Shown piece after piece: positions 17,679-27,499 of a DNA stretch of 53,833 nucleotides (positions are counted from its first letter, which is position 1; each line of letters opens with the position of its first letter). Source of the DNA: a virus (Duplodnaviria; Caudoviricetes); the IMG/VR virus record IMGVR_UViG_3300029787_000065, positions 1 through 53,833 of that record; one strand, written 5' to 3'. The position numbers were made by a program, and so were the translations under genes. The notes beneath the pieces are model-generated. The model was given only the letters and a program-made list of their open reading frames with translations, searched no databases and was not told the DNA's origin.

Positions 17679-17836
17679 TGGCTAATTGTAAGAACTGCGG
17701 ATATGACTCTCATTGTGGCAATAGACTTACTAAAAATTTGGACAACATCCGATCTTTTAGAACTCATAGTGATAACACTGGAAGCCAGCAAATAGAGGTT
17801 TGCAAAAATTGTCGTTGTGATGATTGTGAGGAATAA
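17678..17836 (+). CDS. small Cys-rich putative metal-binding protein (52 aa)
   Basis: Read by hand: MANCKNCGYDSHCG...IEVCKNCRCDDCEE; TAATG overlaps at both ends. Confidence 0.75.
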   Translation: MANCKNCGYDSHCGNRLTKNLDNIRSFRTHSDNTGSQQIEVCKNCRCDDCEE

Positions 17837-18927
17837 TGAATTACCTTACTCTTGTAAATAATGTTCTTAATGAACTAAATGAAATAGAGCTTACCTCTAC
17901 AACATTTGGTTCGTCAAGGGGCGTACAAACAACAGTAAAAAATGTTGTAAATAAAGCTATCAACGATATCTATAATGCAGAGATTGAGTGGCCTTATTTA
18001 ATTGCAAATAGAACTGACGATATAGTTGCTGGTACGCAAGAATACTTGCTGCCCTCTGACTTTCGTAAGATTGATTGGGACACATTTATGTTGCGTCCTA
18101 AAAATTTAATTACTAACGGAACATTTAACACCAACATACTTAACTGGACTGTAGTATCAGGATCACCGATAAAAGTTGAAACTACAAACTCAGGTGCTTC
18201 TATAGCTGGAGCTTTACGGCTATCAAGCGCAGAGGTGACACAAACTATTCAAACTATCATTAATAAAGAGTATGTTATTAGAACACGTACATTTTCTAAT
18301 GATGTAACATTAAAAGTAGGCACATCTTCTGGAGGAACACAGAATCTTAGTGCTACACTAAGTGTTACAGATGCTGGAGATGGTGAGTGGCAAGTTAATA
18401 GGTTTACAGCTACAGCTACAACAACATATGTTGGTCTTGCTGAGTCGAGCGGTAGTGAAGCAGAGATAGATACAATAGAGGCCGTTGAGAACGAGCAACC
18501 ACACAAATTACGTTACATATCTCACGATGAGTGGTTTGAAACTTTTTCAGAAACAGACCTAGATCAAACATCTGCTAACCAGTTTGCTTTACCACATTAC
18601 GTTTATAAAACAAACGATGATAAGTATGGTTTGTCTCCTATTCCTAATCGTGTGTTAAGTGTATCTTATCAATACTATCAAACACACAGCGATTTATCTG
18701 CATACACAGATATTCCTACATTACCTGTTAGGTTTCACGACATTATTGTTAACAGGGCAAAGTATTATACGTACATGATGAGAGCCAACGTAGCTGGTAA
18801 GGACGCAGCAGAACGAGATTACCTAGAAGGTATCAAACGTATGCGTGTAGAGCTTCTAAACAGAAAGAACTACATGTACGCACGGGGTCTACGTTCCGCT
18901 GGTAAACTTATTAAGGTAAACACATAG
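17836..18927 (+). CDS. head-tail adaptor / tail tubular protein A with inserted carbohydrate-binding-like domain
   Basis: MNYLTLVNNVLNELNE start, EWPY, IP.LP.RFHDII; internal NLITNGTF...IDTIEAVE jelly-roll pattern. Confidence 0.75.
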   Translation: MNYLTLVNNVLNELNEIELTSTTFGSSRGVQTTVKNVVNKAINDIYNAEIEWPYLIANRTDDIVAGTQEYLLPSDFRKIDWDTFMLRPKNLITNGTFNTNILNWTVVSGSPIKVETTNSGASIAGALRLSSAEVTQTIQTIINKEYVIRTRTFSNDVTLKVGTSSGGTQNLSATLSVTDAGDGEWQVNRFTATATTTYVGLAESSGSEAEIDTIEAVENEQPHKLRYISHDEWFETFSETDLDQTSANQFALPHYVYKTNDDKYGLSPIPNRVLSVSYQYYQTHSDLSAYTDIPTLPVRFHDIIVNRAKYYTYMMRANVAGKDAAERDYLEGIKRMRVELLNRKNYMYARGLRSAGKLIKVNT

Positions 18928-19049
18928 TGGCTAAAGTTCAGAACAAGAGAGGTAAATACTCTCACAGTGCAACAAAACAAGAGCGTGATCCAGAGCTTGT
19001 TAAGATGTGGATGGCTAGGCAAGAGAGATTAAAAGAGAAGGGCAAGTAA
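18927..19049 (+). CDS. small basic protein (40 aa)
   Basis: Read by hand: GTG start overlapping previous TAG, AAGGT RBS; MAKVQNKRGKYSHSATKQERDPELVKMWMARQERLKEKGK. Confidence 0.5.
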   Translation: MAKVQNKRGKYSHSATKQERDPELVKMWMARQERLKEKGK

Positions 19050-19050
19050 A

Positions 19051-19578
19051 ATGGCGGTTCAATTTATTCCAGTTGTGCTAGGTGCTGCACGTACCATTTA
19101 TAATATTTCTAGGCCTCTGTACAATAGATACAAATCACAGTTAACAAAAGCTAGTGAAAAAGCTGTAGACGAAGCAAAAAATATAAAAAGATTAGGCTCC
19201 AATCAACTTATAAAAAAATTAGGTGGTGAACAAACAACTAAAGCATCTTTATCTCAAAAAGGTGTAAAAAAAGTTGTTAAAAAAGGAGCGGCAGGAGTTG
19301 CAGCAGGTGCAGGAGTTACAGGATATCTTTTAGGTAAAGATAAAAAAGAAGATAAAAAGAAATCTAAATTAGCTACCACACCAGGACGTAAACCTAAAAG
19401 AGCTAAATTAGCTGTTAAGCCAGGGCGTAAGCCTCCTCCTCCTTTGCCTAAAGCAAAAGAAGTTAAGCCTCGTTCCAAACCGCCTGAAGGTATGAAAAAC
19501 CCTATGACAATGAAATCAGGCACTAAAAAATATGCTAATGGCGGCAACGTAAGAAAACCTAAAGGCATGTTAAACTAA
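19051..19578 (+). CDS. basic Pro/Lys-rich protein with C-terminal YANGGNVRK motif
   Basis: PGRKP repeats, GG motif at 19531. Confidence 0.78.
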   Translation: MAVQFIPVVLGAARTIYNISRPLYNRYKSQLTKASEKAVDEAKNIKRLGSNQLIKKLGGEQTTKASLSQKGVKKVVKKGAAGVAAGAGVTGYLLGKDKKEDKKKSKLATTPGRKPKRAKLAVKPGRKPPPPLPKAKEVKPRSKPPEGMKNPMTMKSGTKKYANGGNVRKPKGMLN

Positions 19579-21090
19579 ATGGCACAAATAACCGCACCTG
19601 AGTATATATCACCCTACGTTGTTACAACGTCAGGAGGTCTTGTTCTAGACCGTGATGTGTACACAATGCCTGTGGGTGCTGCTAGTATACTACAAAATTA
19701 CGAGCCATCTGTCAAGGGTGGCTACAGACGTATAGACGGAACAACTAAGTTTGCCTCTGGTCAAGTTAACGGGAGTAATAAGGTTACGGGCGTAGCTGTG
19801 TTTAACAGCGGTGTTATAGCAATTTCTGGCACAGCGGTTAAGTTTGGAACGGGAAGTGCTTGGTCTTCTATTGGTACTCAAACTAACACACCTAGTAGAC
19901 CACGCTTTGAAAAATATAACTTTAACGGAACGGACTCTATTATATGGATTGATGGTGCTAACACACCAGCAAGGTACACTACTGGTGGTACGCTAACTGC
20001 TCTAAATGCTTCAGGCGCACCAGCTAACGCTACATCAGTAGCAGCTTTTAAAAATCATATCTTCTACGCTGGTGCCTCTGCTGCAAAACAACAGGTTCAG
20101 TTTACAGTACCATTTGATGAAGCTGATTATACAGGGACTGGTTCTGGCAGTGTAAAAGTAGATACAGAAGTTGTTGCTCTTAAATCGTTTCGTGAGTCAC
20201 TTATAATCTTTGGTAAAGACAGAATATTTAAACTAACAGGTAGTTCTAGTTCTGACTTTGCAATTGCACCAGTGTCTCGTAACATTGGTTGTAGCGATGG
20301 CAACAGTGTGCAGGAGATAGGCGGTGACTTAATCTTTCTAGCACCAGACGGTCTACGCACAATTGCTGGTACTGCTAGAATTGGTGACGTAGAACTTGGA
20401 ACTGTATCGAAACAAATACAGCAACGTATTAATGAGATTGGTTTTGATAATGTATGCTCTACCGTTATTAGAACAAAAAGTCAGTACCGACTGTTTTATC
20501 CAACTGTAGGTGGTTCAGAAGCTAGTGCACAAGGTATTATAGGTGTTATCAAATCAAACCCACAAGGACAGATAGGGTGGGAGTATGCAGATTTAAAAGG
20601 TATTAAAGCAGCTTCTGCTGACTCTGATTTTATAGGAACCAATGAAACAGTAGTGCATGGTAGTTTTGATGGATATGTTTTTAGACAAGAACTAGGTAAT
20701 GACTTTGACGGCACAAACATAAGAGCAATATATCGCTCTCCTGACCTTACTATGGGAGATGCAGGTATACGTAAAAGTATGCAACGTATCAATCTTAACT
20801 TTGATACAGAGGGAAGCGTTAACGCATCTTTATTTGTAAAGTATGACTTTGAAGATGCAAGTTCTCCGCAACCTGCAGCTTATACTTTAACAACACAAAG
20901 CACAGCCGCTGTATACGGAACAGGAACCTACGATACGTCCGTATACGGTGCAACAGGAATACCCATTGTTCGACAAAGCGTAGAAGGCAGTGGGTTTACA
21001 GTAGTTATAAGGGTAGAGGACGAATCAGGTAATCCTCCTATAACACTAAAAGGATTTGAACTAGAATTTACTCCAGGGGCTAGAATGTAA
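19579..21090 (+). CDS. tail tubular protein B / nozzle (P22 gp10-like beta-propeller)
   Basis: 503 aa; NYEPSVKGGYRRIDG, NIGC, IGGDLIFLAPDGLRT; position after adaptor. Confidence 0.8.
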   Translation: MAQITAPEYISPYVVTTSGGLVLDRDVYTMPVGAASILQNYEPSVKGGYRRIDGTTKFASGQVNGSNKVTGVAVFNSGVIAISGTAVKFGTGSAWSSIGTQTNTPSRPRFEKYNFNGTDSIIWIDGANTPARYTTGGTLTALNASGAPANATSVAAFKNHIFYAGASAAKQQVQFTVPFDEADYTGTGSGSVKVDTEVVALKSFRESLIIFGKDRIFKLTGSSSSDFAIAPVSRNIGCSDGNSVQEIGGDLIFLAPDGLRTIAGTARIGDVELGTVSKQIQQRINEIGFDNVCSTVIRTKSQYRLFYPTVGGSEASAQGIIGVIKSNPQGQIGWEYADLKGIKAASADSDFIGTNETVVHGSFDGYVFRQELGNDFDGTNIRAIYRSPDLTMGDAGIRKSMQRINLNFDTEGSVNASLFVKYDFEDASSPQPAAYTLTTQSTAAVYGTGTYDTSVYGATGIPIVRQSVEGSGFTVVIRVEDESGNPPITLKGFELEFTPGARM

Positions 21091-23474
21091 TGGCGGGATA
21101 CTCATCACGACAAAGCACGTATACAACTGGCGATACAATTAATGCGTCTGACTCTAATAACGAGTTTGATGCAATTGTAACAGCCTTTGGTACGAGCGGT
21201 CACACACACGATGGAACAGCAGGTAATGGTGGTGGACTATCAAAGTTAGCAGGTAGTAACGCTATTACGATAGGCGCAGGAACTGCAGGAACAGATATTA
21301 CCGTAACGTTTGACGGAGAAACTAATGACGGTGTTTTAACATGGCTAGAAGATGAGGACATGTTTAAATACTCTGACGATGTTATGATCGCAGATGATGA
21401 AAAACTTATCTTCGGAACTGGTTCAGAATGGACAATAGAATACGATGAAGATGGCGATGATGATCTTGTATTAACAGGATCAGATATAGCTATTGAGAGT
21501 TCAACCTCTGCTAAACCTGTTCTAACGTTGTTTAACAGTAATGCAGATGCTAACAGTGCAACACTTAAATTTAAAAAAGACGGAAGCAGCCCAGCAACAA
21601 GCGATGTAATTGGCAACATAGACTTTTTGAGTGAAGATGCAGGAAACGCTGCTACAACATACGGACGCATACAATCTACCATTGTAGATGTTACTGCTGG
21701 TGGTGAACAAGGCGGCATAGATTTCTTTGTTGCAGAAAATGATGGCACTCTTACTAAAGGTCTTTCAATATTAGGTGCAGGTACTGATACTGATATCACA
21801 GTAGATATTAGCACACATGATGGTGCAGCGGGTGGTCTTAAACTAGGAGGCACTCTTGTTACGTCTACTGCTACAGAGTTGAACCTTCTAGATGGTTTAA
21901 GTTCCGTCTGTAGTCTTACTGGAAGCACTGACAATACGCTAGTTACAGTTACTGGTAGTAACGCTATAGCAGGTGAAGATCACCTTACCTTTGATGGTTC
22001 TGATCTTAAAATTTTAGAAGACGTAAATGATGGTAGTCCATCTATATCTATAGGTGGTGCAGACGCTGAGAAAGGAATGATACAAGCTGTATTTGATTCC
22101 AGCGCACAAACACTTAACTACTTAGAAATATCAACAGCAACCGCTGATGCTGGTGGAGATGCTGGTAAGATACTTTTTGATGTAGACGGCACAGATATTG
22201 TACAGATAGACGATGGTGGTGTAACGTTTACCAACGGAGCTAACTGGGAAGTTGGCGTTGATTCCACTACGGGAACTACTGCAGGTAAAAACCTAACAGT
22301 TGCTGCTGGTTCTAGTGCTACAGGTTCTAATAACGTAAACGGTGGTAATCTTACACTGTCTTCAGGAGGTGGTGACGGAACTGGCACATCTTCTATTGAT
22401 TTTAAAACAAAAGCTGCCAACACTGATACTCCTGCTTCTAAGATGCAATTATCTGGTGCGGGTGTTCTTACACTAAGCGCAGGTGGTCTTGTCATACCCG
22501 ATGATGGTAATATTGGCTCCGCTAGTGATGCAGATTCTATGGCTATTGATTCTAGCGGCAATGTATCTATGTCACAGAATCTTACAGTAACAGGTAATTT
22601 TACTGTTAACGGCACAACTACAACACTTGACACAACAACACTGGCCGTTGTTGATCCTATTATTCATCTACAAACAGCATCTGATGGGGGTGCGCTAGGA
22701 GCAGATACCAACAAAGATGTAGGTATTGCAATGCAATATCATACAGGTAGTGCAGCAAAAACTGCATTTCTTGGTATTGATGATAACGACTCTTATAAAC
22801 TTAAATTTATACCTGATGCAAGTATATCTAGTGAAGTCGTTAGTGGTTCTGTAGGAACAATTAATGCAGTATTTGAAGGAGACTTAACTGGTAACGTAAC
22901 TGGTAACGTCAGTGGTACAGCAGCTACTGTTACAGGTTCTGCTCAAAGTAACATTACTTCGGTAGGTACTCTTACTACTCTTACTGTAGACAGCATTATT
23001 ATTAACGGAACAAACATTGGGCATACGAGTGACACAGATGCAATCGCTATAGCATCTGACGGTGTAGTTACATTTAGTCAAGTTCCTGTGCTTCCTGCTG
23101 ATACAATTGAAACAGCGGATATTCAAGATAACGCTGTAACTCCTGCTAAAATAGCTGGTGCAGTTAACGCTCAAACAGGAACATCGTATACGTTAGTTAT
23201 TGGTGATGCGTTTAAAACTGTAACAATGACTAATGCTAGTGCTAACACGCTTACCATACCACCTAACTCTAGTGTAGCTTTTGCAGTAGGTGATCGTATT
23301 GATGTGGTCATGTTGGGTGCTGGAACAACTACTGTTACAGGCGGTAGCGGTGTAACCGTAAACGGTGTAAGCACGGGGTCAGGCGCAATAGCTGCACAGT
23401 ATGCTTCAGCATCTTGTTTAAAAATAGCTACTAACACGTGGCTTCTTATAGGTAATCATGGTGGCGTAAGTTAA
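21090..23474 (+). CDS. tail fibre protein
   Basis: N-terminal anchor NEFDAI..GHTHDG; G/T/S/D-rich repeats; C-terminal NAQTGTSYTL domain. Confidence 0.82.
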   Translation: MAGYSSRQSTYTTGDTINASDSNNEFDAIVTAFGTSGHTHDGTAGNGGGLSKLAGSNAITIGAGTAGTDITVTFDGETNDGVLTWLEDEDMFKYSDDVMIADDEKLIFGTGSEWTIEYDEDGDDDLVLTGSDIAIESSTSAKPVLTLFNSNADANSATLKFKKDGSSPATSDVIGNIDFLSEDAGNAATTYGRIQSTIVDVTAGGEQGGIDFFVAENDGTLTKGLSILGAGTDTDITVDISTHDGAAGGLKLGGTLVTSTATELNLLDGLSSVCSLTGSTDNTLVTVTGSNAIAGEDHLTFDGSDLKILEDVNDGSPSISIGGADAEKGMIQAVFDSSAQTLNYLEISTATADAGGDAGKILFDVDGTDIVQIDDGGVTFTNGANWEVGVDSTTGTTAGKNLTVAAGSSATGSNNVNGGNLTLSSGGGDGTGTSSIDFKTKAANTDTPASKMQLSGAGVLTLSAGGLVIPDDGNIGSASDADSMAIDSSGNVSMSQNLTVTGNFTVNGTTTTLDTTTLAVVDPIIHLQTASDGGALGADTNKDVGIAMQYHTGSAAKTAFLGIDDNDSYKLKFIPDASISSEVVSGSVGTINAVFEGDLTGNVTGNVSGTAATVTGSAQSNITSVGTLTTLTVDSIIINGTNIGHTSDTDAIAIASDGVVTFSQVPVLPADTIETADIQDNAVTPAKIAGAVNAQTGTSYTLVIGDAFKTVTMTNASANTLTIPPNSSVAFAVGDRIDVVMLGAGTTTVTGGSGVTVNGVSTGSGAIAAQYASASCLKIATNTWLLIGNHGGVS

Positions 23475-26400
23475 ATGCTTCACTCTATTCCTCTTGGTAT
23501 TTTATCTTTTTCTTCTGGCGGCTATGCTGTTGATAACAGTGCTGTGTTTAACGACGACGACTCAGAGTATTTGACCTTTCTACCCGCGCAAGCACCAACC
23601 AGTGATAGAATTTGCACGTTAAGTTTTTGGGTCAAACGAGGTTCAATTGGAAACGCACAGAAGATTATTACCCAAGGACAAGAGTCGGGCGGCGTAGCTG
23701 AAAGTATTCACATCTACTTTCATTCAGATGACCGATTTATTGTTCTATGCGAAACCGCAGCGGGTGCCGCGACAATTAACCGAACGACTACCCAAGTATT
23801 TCGTGACCCTCATGCGTGGTATCATTTTTGTATTCGCATAAATGGCTACAGTTCTGGTGACAGTGCTTGCATTATCGAAGTAAACGGAGCAACTATTACA
23901 GCTTTTGATACTAAAACTAATCCTAGTAGTTCAACGGACCTTGGAACATTTAATAATGTTGAACCGATACAGATTGGAAGGCTAGATCGTTCTCCAAGTG
24001 GAACGTATGCTGATTTCTATCTTGCACAATTTATAGGAATTGATGGTGGTTCTTATGATGCAACAAAGTTTGGTGAATATGATGACAACGGAGTTTGGCG
24101 TCCTATAGACCCAACAGACAATTTTACTGTAAGTTCAACAGCCGAAGCGATAGCTAATTCTGCAAGTGCTACAAACTCAAGCGGGTTGACAACTTACACC
24201 TACAGTGGCGTAGCATTAGGAACAGCATCCTCTACTCGTGCTGTTTATGTTTTTGCAACAGGGCAAGGACCAGCATCTTCTAACTTCGATGTAAGTTCAA
24301 TGACGGTTGGTGGTGTGTCTGCTACTAGAGTAGCGGATGTAACTAACTCTGCTGAAGCACAATATGTGTCTGAACTTTGGAGGGCTGATGTTCCATCAGG
24401 TACAACTGGAGATATTGTTGTCGTATGGAACTCCGCAATGTCTCAATGCGGAGTTATTGCTTGGGCAGTAACGGGTGATCACAATTTATTTGATTTACAA
24501 ACAACATCTGATTCAACGGCTTCCTTTACTTTATCAGATATACCAGATGGTAGTGTTATTCTTGCTGGGCGTGGTGGTACTGGTAGTCGTACACATACTT
24601 GGTCTAGTGATGTTACAGAAAATGTTGATGAGGTAATTGGAAGCGGTGTAGTGCAGTCTGGGGCATCTTCAGCAAAGTCAACTGGTGGTGACTTTACCGT
24701 AACTTGTACACCTTCAACAAGCGATACTCGTGCTAGAACCGTTTCTATTGTTTTAAGTCCCACTCAAGGTGCAGGTATAAACGGTTTTTACCTACCGTTC
24801 TCGGCGGGGACAGGCGCAGCCCTCGGTAGCAACAGCGCAGGGTCAAACACATTTACACCAGCAGCGGCAAACTACACATACAATTCTACATATACGACGA
24901 TTGGCAGCGGCACTATTGACAACAATGGCGCACCTGGCGTTAGTGGTCGTTTAAACAATCCATTTAGTGGCGACTTCACCTTTAGCTTTACGGCCACCGC
25001 AATAGCTGGATCGATCTTCGGCTGTTTTGACGCCGACGAACTTAGCACATTTGCGACAGGTACGGACGACGGCGGTCTGGATAGCATGACTAAAAGTTGG
25101 TGGTACGATGACGGTGGAAACGGCTCCGGCGGTGCTGGCAGCGTTGGTGCTGGTAAGATCATGTACGGCAACGCCACGCAAGCCTCGTCAGCCATTGCAG
25201 CTGGATCAGCCGTGACGATTACTCGCACGGGTTCGACCATTAAAATTACCGACGACGGGTCTGACCTTCACAGCTTTAGCCAAACACACGCAGGTCCAGT
25301 CTATATCATGATTGGTCATCGCAACATCACTTCAAAGTCGATGAATTTTGACAGCGTAAGTATGGCTGGGTCTGAGGCGTTTGCAGCAGTTAATTCACCC
25401 ACGCAGACCACTGACAGCCCGACTACCAACTTTGCAACTCTCTCTAGCGTTACTGAAGTTTTGGGCGCAGCGGTCACGCTAAGTGATGGAAATTTAAGTG
25501 CCGCTGGCACTGCCGCAACAGTATGGAACCGAAATCCTGCGAGTATTTCGTTACAGACTGCCGCTGGTGGCAAATACATATGGGCGGTAAAACCTAATGC
25601 TGTTGGCGGTGGTCGAGGCGACCCCTGGATAACTAACGAGAGTTATGGCGGCGGTAACAATCCACAAACTCAATCTAATGCGTGGACAGCAACTATTGAT
25701 ACATCTTCAGCTTTTATTGAATCAGATGCTGGAACAACTACGACTCATTCAATTTCACCTGTAGCAGCAACAGGTGATTACATTCTTTGTGCTATTGATT
25801 TGGACAACAATAAAGTTTGGTGGGGTCTTTATGACGTATCGGCAGACACTACCAAGTGGGCCGATAACTCCACTGGTTTTAGCGGCGATCCAACAGATGG
25901 CGGTACAACAGCAAATGCCACTTTAACTGGCGATACACTTTCATTTGGTATCAGCGTTTACACGGGCCGTTCTTGTGAAGTTGACTTTGGGCAAGGCGTT
26001 CATGATCTCCTGTCGAACATCACAATTCCAACGGGATATAAATTTATAAACGCAGCTAATTTATTTGAAGCATCTGCACCCACTATTGGAAACCCTGATG
26101 ACCACTTTAAAGAAGTTATTGTTGACCATGATGGTAGCAGTACAAACTTTACGATTCCGTGGTCAACGTATAATGGGACAAGTGGAACCTATGACACTTT
26201 ATTTTCAATTAAAAGATTAGCAGATGAAAAATGGTTTGTGATTGATAGTATCAGGGGTCTAAATAAATACTTCTCGTGGAACGCTACAACATCTCAAACA
26301 ACTGACGCTAATGTATTATCTGTAAGCGGCACTACTGGAACACTTGGTTCAACACTTGCAGATGATAACTATCTGGTTCAGATGTACCGTTTAAATGCAC

Positions 26401-27143
26401 AATCAAGTCGTGATACAAGCAATAGTGAAGGTTCAATTACGGGTGGTTCTAATAGTTTAATAATCAGTGCTAATGCAACAGCAGGTTGGTCAGTGTGTAC
26501 CTACACTGGAACAGGTGCTAATGGTACATTTGGACATGGATTAAGTCAAGCTCCTGAATGGATTAGATGGTACAATACAGTTAGTGCTGATGGTCAAACT
26601 GTATATCATGCTTTTAATTCTTCTACTCCTAAAGATCATTACGGCAATTTTGATAGCGCACCTACAACATTAACTAATGATGACTCGACTAAATTTAATG
26701 ACACTGCTCCTACCGCAGATGTTAATTCCGTAGGCTCTGCTGATTCAACTAATGGTTCGTCTGATGCAATGTGGTGTTTTTCTGTTCATTCGGTAAATTC
26801 ATTTAGTAAAGTTGGAGCTTTTGTTGGAAATGGTGGTGCTGATGGTCCTTTTGCAGAAGCATCTATAAGTCCAAAATCTGTTGTGCTTAAAAACGCAAAT
26901 GGAAACGCAACTGGTGATGATTGGATTTTAGTTACCGATACTCGTTTTCTTTATAATGCTGATGCATCAACCTTAGCTTTCAATTTAACTGCAACTGAAC
27001 AAGCCACAAATTTATTTGATATATTATCTAATGGTATAAAACTACGCACAACGAATGCGGCTGTTAATGAAAATAATAATACTATAGTTTATCACATGAT
27101 TGGAAGTCCATTCGCAGGAACAACGCCAGCTACGGCACGATAA
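23475..27143 (+). CDS. tail-associated receptor-binding protein with LamG/ConA-like and SPRY-like domains
   Basis: TLSFWVKR, FRDPHAWYH, GINGFYLPF, DSPTTNFATL, AIDLDNNKVWWG, GHGLSQAPE motifs. Confidence 0.82.
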   Translation: MLHSIPLGILSFSSGGYAVDNSAVFNDDDSEYLTFLPAQAPTSDRICTLSFWVKRGSIGNAQKIITQGQESGGVAESIHIYFHSDDRFIVLCETAAGAATINRTTTQVFRDPHAWYHFCIRINGYSSGDSACIIEVNGATITAFDTKTNPSSSTDLGTFNNVEPIQIGRLDRSPSGTYADFYLAQFIGIDGGSYDATKFGEYDDNGVWRPIDPTDNFTVSSTAEAIANSASATNSSGLTTYTYSGVALGTASSTRAVYVFATGQGPASSNFDVSSMTVGGVSATRVADVTNSAEAQYVSELWRADVPSGTTGDIVVVWNSAMSQCGVIAWAVTGDHNLFDLQTTSDSTASFTLSDIPDGSVILAGRGGTGSRTHTWSSDVTENVDEVIGSGVVQSGASSAKSTGGDFTVTCTPSTSDTRARTVSIVLSPTQGAGINGFYLPFSAGTGAALGSNSAGSNTFTPAAANYTYNSTYTTIGSGTIDNNGAPGVSGRLNNPFSGDFTFSFTATAIAGSIFGCFDADELSTFATGTDDGGLDSMTKSWWYDDGGNGSGGAGSVGAGKIMYGNATQASSAIAAGSAVTITRTGSTIKITDDGSDLHSFSQTHAGPVYIMIGHRNITSKSMNFDSVSMAGSEAFAAVNSPTQTTDSPTTNFATLSSVTEVLGAAVTLSDGNLSAAGTAATVWNRNPASISLQTAAGGKYIWAVKPNAVGGGRGDPWITNESYGGGNNPQTQSNAWTATIDTSSAFIESDAGTTTTHSISPVAATGDYILCAIDLDNNKVWWGLYDVSADTTKWADNSTGFSGDPTDGGTTANATLTGDTLSFGISVYTGRSCEVDFGQGVHDLLSNITIPTGYKFINAANLFEASAPTIGNPDDHFKEVIVDHDGSSTNFTIPWSTYNGTSGTYDTLFSIKRLADEKWFVIDSIRGLNKYFSWNATTSQTTDANVLSVSGTTGTLGSTLADDNYLVQMYRLNAQSSRDTSNSEGSITGGSNSLIISANATAGWSVCTYTGTGANGTFGHGLSQAPEWIRWYNTVSADGQTVYHAFNSSTPKDHYGNFDSAPTTLTNDDSTKFNDTAPTADVNSVGSADSTNGSSDAMWCFSVHSVNSFSKVGAFVGNGGADGPFAEASISPKSVVLKNANGNATGDDWILVTDTRFLYNADASTLAFNLTATEQATNLFDILSNGIKLRTTNAAVNENNNTIVYHMIGSPFAGTTPATAR

Positions 27144-27499
27144 TGCTAGAGCTTGGAACAAAAGAGTTAATTACTTTAGGTACAGTATTAGCAGGTCTTG
27201 CTGCAACATACGGCGTTATTAAATCTACAATTAAAACAATTACAGAGCAACTAGCAGAAGAGAAAGACGAGTTAGCAAGTTTAAATACAAGGCTAGACAA
27301 AGTAGAAGCAGTACAAGCTGTAGCTACAAGCTCAATAAATACTATGGCAAAAGATATCTTGTCTCCACAAATATTAAAAGAACGTAGTGAACGAGATGGT
27401 AGGATAGAGCAACGACTAGATTCTATTGAAAGAGAACTAGATAACTTTCATAAAATGCACAATGGTTCTCACCCTCCTGTTAAAGATAGAGAAACATGA
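27143..27499 (+). CDS. membrane-anchored coiled-coil protein (possible i-spanin)
   Basis: N-terminal hydrophobic helix followed by heptad-rich region. Confidence 0.55.
   Translation: MLELGTKELITLGTVLAGLAATYGVIKSTIKTITEQLAEEKDELASLNTRLDKVEAVQAVATSSINTMAKDILSPQILKERSERDGRIEQRLDSIERELDNFHKMHNGSHPPVKDRET

Noticed and set aside
21200-22633. Long antisense ORFs within the tail fibre (also 6963..7532)
   Set aside because: Expected from the codon bias of the sense gene; Ser/Pro-rich translations without RBS
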